A stretch of DNA of 64,000 nucleotides, taken from the sequence record MW286157.1. One strand, given 5' to 3'. Both the position numbers and the translations under genes were made by a program. The notes under the pieces are model-generated. The model saw only the letters and a list, made by a program, of their open reading frames with translations, searched no databases and was not told the origin of the DNA. Below, in pieces: positions 10,936 to 19,847 of the stretch (position 1 is the stretch's first letter; every line of letters begins with the position of its first letter). The stretch is from Escherichia phage vB_EcoM-BECP11.

Positions 10936-11172
10936 ATGAAAATTGTTATGGGATGTTTAGCAGTTTGTTTAGTTGCATTAGTAGCAGTTCCATTTGTTAG
11001 TGTTGAAAATGATACTCAACCTGTGATTGAATCTAGCACCGTTATTCACACTAATGGTAAAATATCAGTTAAAATTGATGATAATCTTCATGTGAATACA
11101 AATGGATCTTTAGGTGTGCAAATGGGTAATACCTGCATAAGCACTACTGGAGCAATTACTACTTGCATTTGA
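10936..11172 (+). CDS. small secreted protein, 78 aa, N-terminal signal peptide
   Basis: ATG 10936 after ttggagaataaa leader; hydrophobic N-terminus, Thr-rich C-terminus. Confidence 0.5.
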   Translation: MKIVMGCLAVCLVALVAVPFVSVENDTQPVIESSTVIHTNGKISVKIDDNLHVNTNGSLGVQMGNTCISTTGAITTCI

Positions 11173-11182
11173 GGAAATTATT

Positions 11183-11563
11183 ATGAAAATCGCTATTTTG
11201 GTTATTGTATTAGGTCTTACTGGTTGTGTAGCTCAAGGACCGGTAGTAAATCAGTCTGATGTAGGAAAAATTGTAAACTGTTCAAGCAAATTTTATAATC
11301 CTAATGTCAAGTGTTATAAAGAAGCTCCAAAGCAAACAGTCGAACAAATGCAGGCGAATTTTGACGAAGCTATTCGTCCAGATGAATCTGCTCAAGCATA
11401 TCGTAATTCGGATGTAATTACACGCGAAGAAAAAATTGAAAACTACTGCGCCGAGCTTTGGGCTAATTGGGCCAATAATTACCAATGGCGTACTGGTAAA
11501 AATGCTCCGATGGAGTATGTAGTGAATTCTTATAATTCATGTGTAAAAAATTTGACTAAGTGA
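11183..11563 (+). CDS. putative lipoprotein, 126 aa
   Basis: signal peptide with lipobox LTGC (MKIAILVIVLGLTGC). Confidence 0.55.
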   Translation: MKIAILVIVLGLTGCVAQGPVVNQSDVGKIVNCSSKFYNPNVKCYKEAPKQTVEQMQANFDEAIRPDESAQAYRNSDVITREEKIENYCAELWANWANNYQWRTGKNAPMEYVVNSYNSCVKNLTK

Positions 11564-11570
11564 GGAAAAC

Positions 11571-11822
11571 ATGGAAACTTTAGTAGCAGGTTCAATTTTT
11601 ATGGTTTTAGTTTCAGGTGTGTTGGCTATTATTATATACATGCTTCCATGGTTTATCGCCTTGATGCGTGGGTCAAAATCGACAGTAGGAATCTTTTTCA
11701 CATCTTTACTGTTTAACTGGTCAATTATTGGTTGGTTTATTACATTTATTTGGTCAATTGCGGGTGAAACTAAAAAGTCTGCACAGCCAAATCAGGTAAT
11801 TATCATCAGAGAGAAGGAATGA
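11571..11822 (+). CDS. imm: immunity (superinfection exclusion) membrane protein Imm
   Basis: 83 aa, two hydrophobic helices, located between 43 and 42 as T4 imm. Confidence 0.75.
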   Translation: METLVAGSIFMVLVSGVLAIIIYMLPWFIALMRGSKSTVGIFFTSLLFNWSIIGWFITFIWSIAGETKKSAQPNQVIIIREKE

Positions 11823-11968
11823 AAAGCAAAATTATAACAGTGTTGCTTTTAATCTTGATGATTATAATAAGTATATACTATAGTGTAACGGTTCCTCTTA
11901 TGATTCCAACTATTATTTTAGGTTGGAGCTTATTACTGTTACAAGTTAAATATGAATGTATCAATTGA
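11819..11968 (+). CDS. 49 aa membrane peptide
   Basis: ATG 11819 overlaps imm stop (ATGA); almost entirely hydrophobic. Confidence 0.4.
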   Translation: MKSKIITVLLLILMIIISIYYSVTVPLMIPTIILGWSLLLLQVKYECIN

Positions 11969-11975
11969 GGTTTAA

Positions 11976-12716
11976 ATGATTAGTGACTCTATGACAGTTG
12001 AAGAAATCCGTCTTCATTTGGGGCTTGCATTAAAAGAAAAAGATTTCGTAGTTGATAAAACTGGTGTTAAAACTATTGAAATTATTGGCGCATCATTTGT
12101 AGCAGATGAACCGTTTATTTTTGGCGCTCTTAATGATGAATACATTCAGCGCGAACTTGAATGGTATAAATCTAAGAGCTTGTTTGTTAAAGATATTCCA
12201 GGTGAAACACCAAAGATTTGGCAGCAGGTAGCATCTTCTAAAGGCGAAATTAACTCGAATTATGGTTGGGCTATTTGGTCAGAAGATAACTATGCCCAGT
12301 ATGATATGTGTTTAGCTGAACTTGGTCAAAATCCTGATTCTCGACGTGGTATCATGATTTATACTCGTCCATCCATGCAATTTGACTACAATAAAGATGG
12401 TATGTCAGATTTCATGTGTACTAATACAGTACAGTACCTGATTCGTGATAAGAAAGTCAATGCAGTAGTAAGCATGCGCTCAAATGACGTGGTCTTCGGA
12501 TTCCGTAATGATTATGCATGGCAAAAATACGTATTAGATAAATTAGTATCTGATTTGAATGCCGGCGATTCAACTCGTCAGTATAAAGCAGGTTCTATTA
12601 TATGGAATGTCGGAAGTCTTCATGTATATTCTCGTCATTTTTACTTGGTTGATCATTGGTGGAATACTGGCGAAACTCATATTGTGAAAAAAGACTATAA
12701 AGGTGAGTGGAAATGA
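11976..12716 (+). CDS. 42: dCMP hydroxymethylase gp42
   Basis: 246 aa thymidylate-synthase-like fold protein; size and position as T4 gp42. Confidence 0.9.
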   Translation: MISDSMTVEEIRLHLGLALKEKDFVVDKTGVKTIEIIGASFVADEPFIFGALNDEYIQRELEWYKSKSLFVKDIPGETPKIWQQVASSKGEINSNYGWAIWSEDNYAQYDMCLAELGQNPDSRRGIMIYTRPSMQFDYNKDGMSDFMCTNTVQYLIRDKKVNAVVSMRSNDVVFGFRNDYAWQKYVLDKLVSDLNAGDSTRQYKAGSIIWNVGSLHVYSRHFYLVDHWWNTGETHIVKKDYKGEWK

Positions 12717-13555
12717 TTCAATTCGTAATTCCAAGTTATCAGCGTGTCGGGGCAGTTTCTGCCCTTGATATGTTTCCGACTGATTATGAACCCCATATTG
12801 TAGTGCGTGAACATGAAGAAAAAGCTTATCATGACGCTTATGGGTCTAGAGCTAAAATTATAACTATTCCTGATGATGTAAACGGAATTGCCGGTACTCG
12901 TAAAGCAATTACTGATATGTATGCAGGTCAACGAATTTGGATGATTGACGATGATACTACTATTCGTATGAGTTCAATGCGAAAAAGAGATGACCGTCGT
13001 TGTGTAGATAAAGTCAATCAATTAACCCATAAACAGTTCTATGAATTGATTCAATACGTTGAAGATGCCATGGATTGCGGGTATTATCATGGTCATGCTC
13101 GCCTACCAATTTTTAAAATTACTTCATCTTGGGGTAATTATCGTGAAAATTCATATGGATTCACGAATACATGGTATGACCTTGGAAAACTTACGACAGA
13201 ACAAATTGGGTATGGAAAAATTGATTTGTGTGAAGATATGTATGCATTTCTCAATTTAATTAATCAAGGTTATCCGCATTTGGCCTTGTTCAAATATCTG
13301 GTTGTATCTGGAAAAGCACAAGCTCCTGGCGGGTGCAGTTCAATTCGTAGTAATTCTAAACATAATAGAGCGCTTGAGCAAATCAATAGAGAGTTTCCAG
13401 AGCAAGCTCGTTGGAAAACTTCTAATATTGAAAAACGAAAATCGTTGGGTGAAGAAGACGAGCCATTAAAGGTTCTTCGCATGTGTGTTTCGCGTAAAGA
13501 AAAATCAGAAGCATTTCATAAATTTAATGCTATTCATCCGATAGCAGTTGATTAA
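12713..13555 (+). CDS. GT-A type glycosyltransferase in the beta-gt position (possibly beta-glucosyl-HMC-alpha-glucosyltransferase type)
   Basis: 280 aa; ATG 12713 overlaps gene 42 stop; DxD-like WMIDDDT motif; not T4 beta-gt (351 aa, unrelated sequence). Confidence 0.6.
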   Translation: MIQFVIPSYQRVGAVSALDMFPTDYEPHIVVREHEEKAYHDAYGSRAKIITIPDDVNGIAGTRKAITDMYAGQRIWMIDDDTTIRMSSMRKRDDRRCVDKVNQLTHKQFYELIQYVEDAMDCGYYHGHARLPIFKITSSWGNYRENSYGFTNTWYDLGKLTTEQIGYGKIDLCEDMYAFLNLINQGYPHLALFKYLVVSGKAQAPGGCSSIRSNSKHNRALEQINREFPEQARWKTSNIEKRKSLGEEDEPLKVLRMCVSRKEKSEAFHKFNAIHPIAVD

Positions 13556-13632
13556 TGCCTAAATTTATTGTGTTATAATTACTTTATCTTTAACCAGTGA
13601 GGAAAATATAATGATGCCTATGGAAAAAATGA

Positions 13633-14814
13633 ATGTCTATTGCAGATTTAAAATCCCGTTTGATTAAAGCTTCCACTTCTAAAATGACTGCTGAACTGAC
13701 TACATCTAAATTCTTTAATGAAAAGGATGTAATTCGTACAAAAATTCCAATGCTTAATATTGCTATTTCTGGTGCGATTGATGGCGGTATGCAGTCTGGT
13801 TTAACTATTTTCGCAGGGCCTTCTAAACACTTTAAATCAAATATGTCTTTGACTATGGTTGCGGCATATTTGAACAAATATCCTGACGCGGTTTGTCTAT
13901 TCTATGATAGCGAATTTGGTATTACTCCAGCTTATTTGCGATCCATGGGAGTTGACCCGGAACGAGTAATTCATACGCCGATTCAGTCAGTTGAACAGCT
14001 AAAAATTGATATGGTGAACCAGCTTGAAGCTATTGAGCGTGGTGAAAAGGTTATTGTATTCATCGACTCAATTGGTAATATGGCTTCTAAGAAAGAAACG
14101 GAAGATGCCTTAAATGAAAAATCTGTGGCAGATATGACTCGTGCTAAATCACTGAAGTCATTATTCCGTATTGTTACTCCTTACTTTAGCATTAAAAATA
14201 TTCCATGTGTTGCGGTTAACCATACAATTGAAACAATTGAAATGTTTAGTAAAACCGTGATGACAGGTGGTACAGGCGTAATGTATTCGGCTGATACTGT
14301 ATTCATTATCGGTAAGCGTCAGATTAAAGATGGTTCTGATCTTCAGGGGTATCAATTTGTTCTAAATGTAGAAAAATCTCGTACTGTTAAAGAAAAAAGT
14401 AAATTCTTTATTGATGTTAAATTTGACGGTGGTATCGATCCTTATTCTGGATTGTTAGATATGGCTCTAGAATTAGGATTCGTGGTAAAACCTAAAAATG
14501 GCTGGTATGCTCGTGAATTTCTTGACGAAGAAACCGGCGAGATGATTCGCGAAGAAAAATCTTGGCGTGCAAAAGATACCAACTGCACTACATTCTGGGG
14601 TCCTTTATTTAAGCATCAACCATTCCGAGATGCTATTAAACGTGCTTATCAGTTAGGTGCTATTGATAGTAATGAAATTGTTGAAGCTGAAGTTGATGAA
14701 TTGATTAACTCAAAGGTTGAAAAATTTAAATCTCCAGAAAGTAAAAGTAAATCAGCAGCTGATTTAGAAACTGACCTCGAGCAGTTAAGTGATATGGAAG
14801 AATTTAATGAATAA
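13633..14814 (+). CDS. uvsX: RecA-like recombinase UvsX
   Basis: 393 aa; sequence ...DLKSRLIKASTSK...GPSKHFKSN... matches recalled T4 UvsX. Confidence 0.95.
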   Translation: MSIADLKSRLIKASTSKMTAELTTSKFFNEKDVIRTKIPMLNIAISGAIDGGMQSGLTIFAGPSKHFKSNMSLTMVAAYLNKYPDAVCLFYDSEFGITPAYLRSMGVDPERVIHTPIQSVEQLKIDMVNQLEAIERGEKVIVFIDSIGNMASKKETEDALNEKSVADMTRAKSLKSLFRIVTPYFSIKNIPCVAVNHTIETIEMFSKTVMTGGTGVMYSADTVFIIGKRQIKDGSDLQGYQFVLNVEKSRTVKEKSKFFIDVKFDGGIDPYSGLLDMALELGFVVKPKNGWYAREFLDEETGEMIREEKSWRAKDTNCTTFWGPLFKHQPFRDAIKRAYQLGAIDSNEIVEAEVDELINSKVEKFKSPESKSKSAADLETDLEQLSDMEEFNE

Positions 14815-15151
14815 AGATGATTTAGATTTAGATCTAGAAATTATCGATGAATCCCCCTCTTCGGAGGGGGAAGAAGAAAGAAAAGAACGTCTTTTTAATG
14901 AGTCTCTTAAGATAATTAAATCCGCTATGGAAAATGTTATCCAGGAGATTGTCATTAAACTAGAAGATGGTTCTACACACATTGTGTATGTGACAAAATT
15001 AGATTGGGTTGATGGAAAAGTCGTAATGGACTTTGCTGTTCTTGACCAAGAAAGAAAAGCTAAGTTAGCTCCTCATGTAGAAAAATGTATTACAATGCAA
15101 CTGCAAGATGCATTTAATAAAAGGTCAAAGAAAAAATTTAAATTCTTTTAA
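14807..15151 (+). CDS. 40: gp40 head vertex assembly chaperone
   Basis: about 114 aa from ATG 14807 overlapping uvsX stop; position between uvsX and 41. Confidence 0.6.
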   Translation: MNKDDLDLDLEIIDESPSSEGEEERKERLFNESLKIIKSAMENVIQEIVIKLEDGSTHIVYVTKLDWVDGKVVMDFAVLDQERKAKLAPHVEKCITMQLQDAFNKRSKKKFKFF

Positions 15152-15160
15152 GGAGTAAGT

Positions 15161-16588
15161 GTGGTAGAAATTATTCTTTCTCATCTTATATTTGATCAAG
15201 CTTATTTTTCAAAAGTTTGGCCATATATGGATTCAGAATATTTTGAAAGTGGTCCAGCTAAAAATGCATTCAAATTAATTAAATCTCATGTTAATGAGTA
15301 CCATAGCGTTCCATCTATTAATGCGTTAAATGTTGCATTAGAAAATAGTTCATTTACTGAAACAGAATATTCTGGTGTAAAAACACTTATTTCAAAACTG
15401 GCTGATTCTCCGGAAGACCACAGCTGGTTAGTAAAAGAAACAGAAAAATATGTTCAGCAAAGAGCGATGTTTAATGCTACGTCTAAAATAATCGAAATTC
15501 AAACCAATGCTGAGCTTCCTCCGGAAAAACGAAATAAGAAAATGCCGGATGTTGGTGCTATTCCTGACATCATGCGCCAAGCATTATCAATTTCATTTGA
15601 TAGCTACGTCGGTCATGATTGGATGGATGACTACGAAGCACGCTGGCTATCTTATATGAATAAAGCTCGTAAAGTTCCATTTAAACTTCGTATTTTGAAT
15701 AAAATTACAAAAGGCGGAGCTGAGACTGGAACACTGAACGTTTTAATGGCTGGCGTTAACGTTGGTAAATCATTAGGATTGTGTTCATTAGCAGCAGATT
15801 ATTTACAGCTCGGACATAATGTTCTTTACATTTCCATGGAAATGGCAGAAGAAGTCTGTGCTAAGCGTATTGACGCTAACATGCTTGATGTTTCTCTTGA
15901 TGACATTGATGATGGGCATATTTCTTACGCTGAATATAAAGGAAAAATGGAAAAATGGCGTGAGAAATCTACCCTTGGTCGTTTAATCGTTAAGCAATAT
16001 CCTACTGGTGGAGCAGACGCTAATACATTTCGATCACTTTTAAATGAATTAAAGCTCAAGAAGAATTTTGTTCCAACAATCATTATTGTCGACTATCTAG
16101 GTATTTGTAAATCTTGCCGCATCAGAGTTTATTCAGAAAATAGTTACACAACTGTTAAAGCTATTGCAGAGGAATTGCGTGCTTTGGCTGTTGAAACCGA
16201 AACTGTTCTTTGGACTGCAGCACAGGTTGGTAAACAAGCTTGGGACTCTTCTGATGTTAACATGAGTGATATCGCAGAATCTGCTGGTCTTCCAGCAACA
16301 GCTGATTTTATGCTTGCGGTTATTGAAACCGAGGAGTTAGCAGCTGCTGAACAACAGCTTATTAAGCAAATCAAATCACGATATGGTGATAAGAATAAGT
16401 GGAATAAGTTTTTGATGGGTGTTCAAAAAGGAAATCAAAAATGGGTAGAAATTGAACAAGATTCTACTCCAACTGAAGTGAACGAAGTAGCAGGTTCACA
16501 ACAGATTCAGGCTGAACAGAATCGCTATCAAAGAAATGAATCCACTCGAGCTCAGTTAGATGCTTTGGCAAATGAATTAAAATTTTAG
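15161..16588 (+). CDS. 41: replicative DNA helicase gp41 (DnaB-like)
   Basis: 475 aa, GTG start, Walker A GVNVGKS; matches recalled T4 gp41. Confidence 0.95.
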   Translation: MVEIILSHLIFDQAYFSKVWPYMDSEYFESGPAKNAFKLIKSHVNEYHSVPSINALNVALENSSFTETEYSGVKTLISKLADSPEDHSWLVKETEKYVQQRAMFNATSKIIEIQTNAELPPEKRNKKMPDVGAIPDIMRQALSISFDSYVGHDWMDDYEARWLSYMNKARKVPFKLRILNKITKGGAETGTLNVLMAGVNVGKSLGLCSLAADYLQLGHNVLYISMEMAEEVCAKRIDANMLDVSLDDIDDGHISYAEYKGKMEKWREKSTLGRLIVKQYPTGGADANTFRSLLNELKLKKNFVPTIIIVDYLGICKSCRIRVYSENSYTTVKAIAEELRALAVETETVLWTAAQVGKQAWDSSDVNMSDIAESAGLPATADFMLAVIETEELAAAEQQLIKQIKSRYGDKNKWNKFLMGVQKGNQKWVEIEQDSTPTEVNEVAGSQQIQAEQNRYQRNESTRAQLDALANELKF

Positions 16589-16624
16589 TTTACAAGCTGA
16601 CAAGACTATGGTATAGTAGTCTTG
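16588..16624 (+). promoter_or_regulatory. early promoter (-35 GTTTAC 16588-16593, -10 TATAGT 16612-16617) embedded in 8 bp stem-loop caagacta/tagtcttg
   Basis: inverted repeat 16601-16608 / 16617-16624 flanks the -10 element. Confidence 0.6.
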
Positions 16625-16646
16625 TTGGTTAAATGAGGAGATTGTT

Positions 16647-16829
16647 ATGGAATTGGTAAAAGTAGTTTTTATGGGGTGGTTTAAGAACGAAAGTATGTTT
16701 ACTAAAGAAATCACAATGATGAAAGATGACGTTCAATGGGCTACTACTCAATATGCTGAAGTTAATAAAGCATTAGTTAAAGCTTTCATTGATGACAAGA
16801 AAGTATGCGAAGTGGATTGCCGAGGATAA
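16647..16829 (+). CDS. dmd: Dmd antitoxin-like protein (inhibitor of RnlA/LsoA toxins)
   Basis: 60 aa MELVKVVFMGWFKNES...; matches my recollection of T4 Dmd, adjacent to gene 41. Confidence 0.7.
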   Translation: MELVKVVFMGWFKNESMFTKEITMMKDDVQWATTQYAEVNKALVKAFIDDKKVCEVDCRG

Positions 16830-16830
16830 T

Positions 16831-17088
16831 ATGCATATTGTTTTATTTAAACCTACTCCGTATAACGTCAGGAAAAATACTCAATTCAAAGCACTTATTG
16901 CAGATACGTGGGAATTGGTGCTAGATATTCCAGCAGAAGAAAGTCCTCCATTTGGTCGAGTGGAATTTATTAAGTTTGCTGTACGTCCTACGAAGCGACA
17001 GATTCGTCAGTGTAAAAGGTATTTTCGTAAGATCGTTAAGCTAGAGAAACAGTTTGTAACATGTGATTATGCAGAAGTTTTAAAATAA
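16831..17088 (+). CDS. 61.4-like small basic protein, 85 aa
   Basis: ATG 16831 after SD gagga, 2 nt after dmd stop; basic C-terminus RPTKRQIRQCKRYFRK. Confidence 0.5.
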   Translation: MHIVLFKPTPYNVRKNTQFKALIADTWELVLDIPAEESPPFGRVEFIKFAVRPTKRQIRQCKRYFRKIVKLEKQFVTCDYAEVLK

Positions 17089-17148
17089 CTATTTACTTTT
17101 GTTGGAAATTGATATACTATATAAACATAAACTACTGAGGAGATTATC

Positions 17149-17442
17149 ATGAAAAAATTTATTTTTGCTACAATTTTTACTTTGGCTTCTTGTGCTGCTC
17201 AGCCTGCTATGGCAGGTTATGATAAAGATTTGTGTGAATGGTCTATGACTGCAGATCAGACTGAAGTTGAAACTCAAATTGAAGCGGATATTATGAATAT
17301 CGTTGAGCGTGATCGCCCCAATATGAAAGTTGAAGTACAAAAACAGCTTAAATCAGGTGGTGTGATGCAGTATAATTATGTTCTGTATTGTGACCCTAAT
17401 TTTGATAACAAAAATATCGTAACCGAAATCACAGGTGAATAA
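17149..17442 (+). CDS. sp: Spackle-like periplasmic protein
   Basis: 97 aa with signal peptide MKKFIFATIFTLASCAAQPAMA; size and position match T4 sp (61.3). Confidence 0.65.
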   Translation: MKKFIFATIFTLASCAAQPAMAGYDKDLCEWSMTADQTEVETQIEADIMNIVERDRPNMKVEVQKQLKSGGVMQYNYVLYCDPNFDNKNIVTEITGE

Positions 17443-17443
17443 T

Positions 17444-18082
17444 ATGATTTATTATATGCACAAAAATCCACCGTTTAAATACGGTAAATTTCCTGATGCA
17501 CAATGTTATAATATAACGCCTGATGAAAATAACCGTGGATATCTTATTGGCACAATTTTTGTAATTGTTAAAGATAACGAAATCGTTGCCTGGGCAGATT
17601 TTAAAGGTACAACACATGATGTTAATCCGGTGCCTTTCACATATTACAATATAATGGATTTGGCATATGATTATAATTGGTTTAATCATGACACGTTGGC
17701 TCATATTCATATTGAAGGTGTAGGATTTGACATCTCTTATTCTAGCTACTCATTGTGTCCTATGAGTCGGGCTCATAAAGAACCTGAATATTTTTCATTT
17801 AGGAAACGTGTAAACTTTAAACGCAACACAGAGTATGTCGGTGGAATCTTTGTTAAAGATAATCGAATTATTCGTATTAATTATCCTTTGAGCGTTAGTC
17901 AAAAAGATATTGATGTTGATTTAGATTTCACTGAAAATAATATTAATCATATTGCTTCTGTGTATTTTGGTATCGATCACAAAATTGTAATATGTGGATA
18001 TGAATTACCGTTTGAAGAACAGCCTAAAGTAAAAGTTTCTATTGACGATCAAATTTTTAATGCTTTTATGAATAAAGGTTAA
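17444..18082 (+). CDS. 61.2-like protein, 212 aa
   Basis: ATG 17444 right after sp stop; C-terminal tag SIDDQIFNAFMNKG shared with next gene. Confidence 0.5.
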   Translation: MIYYMHKNPPFKYGKFPDAQCYNITPDENNRGYLIGTIFVIVKDNEIVAWADFKGTTHDVNPVPFTYYNIMDLAYDYNWFNHDTLAHIHIEGVGFDISYSSYSLCPMSRAHKEPEYFSFRKRVNFKRNTEYVGGIFVKDNRIIRINYPLSVSQKDIDVDLDFTENNINHIASVYFGIDHKIVICGYELPFEEQPKVKVSIDDQIFNAFMNKG

Positions 18083-18086
18083 TATG
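18038..18086 (+). repeat. 49 nt module, copy 1 (3' end of 61.2-like gene plus RBS and start of next gene)
   Basis: tctattgacgatcaaatttttaatgcttttatgaataaaggttaatatg; second copy at 18396-18444 with 3 mismatches. Confidence 0.8.
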
Positions 18087-18440
18087 TATAGTTCTGAATT
18101 TTCATATTTAAAAATGGAAAAAATTTCATACGATTTTATAGATGAAAAGGTTTATTACAGTTTCCATGAACCACGTTTTAATAGTGAGGTTGGGTTTATT
18201 GTAGTAAAAGACAATTTCATTTTAAAGATATATTCGGCATTAAAGGATTTTCACTACGAAAATATTAACCTAAAATTTGATAAAGAAAACGTTCGTAATT
18301 GCGCAGTAACAATTACAGGAAATAAAGGCACATGTGTTATGCTATCTGATGAAATTAATGATTTGCTAAATGATGCCGAAAAGGTTGCTATTCCATCTAT
18401 TGATGACCAAATTTTTAATGCTTTTATGAATAGAGGTTAA
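18084..18440 (+). CDS. 61.1-like protein, 118 aa
   Basis: ends with SIDDQIFNAFMNRG, same tag as upstream gene. Confidence 0.5.
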   Translation: MYSSEFSYLKMEKISYDFIDEKVYYSFHEPRFNSEVGFIVVKDNFILKIYSALKDFHYENINLKFDKENVRNCAVTITGNKGTCVMLSDEINDLLNDAEKVAIPSIDDQIFNAFMNRG

Positions 18441-18444
18441 TATG
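18396..18444 (+). repeat. 49 nt module, copy 2
   Basis: tctattgatgaccaaatttttaatgcttttatgaatagaggttaatatg. Confidence 0.8.
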
Positions 18445-18606
18445 AAAACATATAAAGAATTTATTAAAGAAGATATGGTAGCTGGAGATTCAGGTGGTAA
18501 TCCTGAAAATATCTCTACTGGAACAACGTCGGGCGCTGTAGTAAATAAAGGTCCTGAACAGATTCCTAAAAAGAAAAAAGAGGAATCTAAAGAAAAAGAA
18601 GAGTAA
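18442..18606 (+). CDS. 54 aa Lys/Glu-rich peptide
   Basis: ATG 18442 inside repeat copy 2; stop 2 nt before gene 61 ATG; low complexity C-terminus. Confidence 0.35.
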   Translation: MKTYKEFIKEDMVAGDSGGNPENISTGTTSGAVVNKGPEQIPKKKKEESKEKEE

Positions 18607-18608
18607 AA

Positions 18609-19637
18609 ATGTCATCAATACCTTGGATTGATAATGAGTTTGCGTATCGTGCATTAGCTCATTTACCTAAATTCACACAAGTAAATAATAGTTCAACTTT
18701 TAAATTACGGTTTAGATGCCCTGTTTGTGGAGATTCAAAAACCGATCAGAATAAAGCCCGTGGATGGTATTACGGTGATAATAATGAAGGAAATATTCAT
18801 TGTTATAACTGTAACTATCATGCACCAATCGGAATATATTTAAAGGAGTTTGAACCTGATTTATATCGTGAGTATATCTTTGAAATAAGAAAAGAAAAAG
18901 GTAAAAGTCGTCCAGTAGAAAAACCTAAAGAACTTCCTAAACATCCTGAGAAGAAAATAATTAAATCTCTTCCGTCATGTGTTAGATTAGATAAACTGGT
19001 GGAAGACCATCCAATTATAAAATATGTAAAAGCTCGTTGTATTCCAAAGGATAAATGGAAATATCTTTGGTTTACAACCGAATGGCCTAAATTAGTTAAT
19101 AGCATAGCACCGGGAACATACAAAAAGGAAATTTCTGAGCCTCGTCTTGTTATTCCAATTTATAATGCTAATGGAAAAGCCGAGTCGTTTCAAGGGCGTG
19201 CATTAAAGAAAGATGCTCCTCAAAAATATATCACCATCAAAGCTTATCCTGAGGCAACAAAAATATATGGAGTCGAACGAGTTAAAGATGGTGATGTATA
19301 TGTTTTAGAAGGACCTATAGATTCACTTTTTATTGAAAATGGTATAGCTATTACGGGTGGTCAATTAGACCTAGAAGTTGTTCCATTTAAAGATAGGCGT
19401 GTGTGGGTCTTAGATAATGAACCTCGTCATCCTGACACTATTAAGCGAATGACTAAATTAGTTGATGCAGGAGAAAGGGTTATGTTTTGGGATAAATCTC
19501 CCTGGAAATCAAAAGATGTTAATGATATGATTAGAAAGGAAGGTGCAACCCCTGAACAAATTATGGAATATATGAAAAATAATATTGCCCAGGGGTTGAT
19601 GGCTAAAATGCGGTTATCTAAATATGCTAAGATTTAA
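18609..19637 (+). CDS. 61: DNA primase gp61
   Basis: 342 aa; zinc ribbon CPVCGDS...CYNC; Toprim-like core; size equals T4 gp61. Confidence 0.9.
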   Translation: MSSIPWIDNEFAYRALAHLPKFTQVNNSSTFKLRFRCPVCGDSKTDQNKARGWYYGDNNEGNIHCYNCNYHAPIGIYLKEFEPDLYREYIFEIRKEKGKSRPVEKPKELPKHPEKKIIKSLPSCVRLDKLVEDHPIIKYVKARCIPKDKWKYLWFTTEWPKLVNSIAPGTYKKEISEPRLVIPIYNANGKAESFQGRALKKDAPQKYITIKAYPEATKIYGVERVKDGDVYVLEGPIDSLFIENGIAITGGQLDLEVVPFKDRRVWVLDNEPRHPDTIKRMTKLVDAGERVMFWDKSPWKSKDVNDMIRKEGATPEQIMEYMKNNIAQGLMAKMRLSKYAKI

Positions 19638-19834
19638 ATTAACCCAACTAAAGCAAATGCTAAATCTACAAATGTATCAAGAGTAACTACTGGAATATTA
19701 ACACCATGTGCAATTGCAATTGGTGATAAAATAAAGTTCCAGAGTAAAATTCCTACCATAGCAGAAATAGTAAAAGCTATACGTTTCTTATTACCTTTGA
19801 TGGCATTAACAAGTGCCATTAATTTTTGTACCAT
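19634..19834 (-). CDS. 66 aa predicted membrane protein, antisense to flanking early genes
   Basis: strong SD aaggagg 4 nt before ATG on minus strand; two hydrophobic segments; convergent with gene 61. Confidence 0.35.
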   Translation of the reverse strand: MVQKLMALVNAIKGNKKRIAFTISAMVGILLWNFILSPIAIAHGVNIPVVTLDTFVDLAFALVGLI

Positions 19835-19847
19835 ATGTCCTCCTTAT

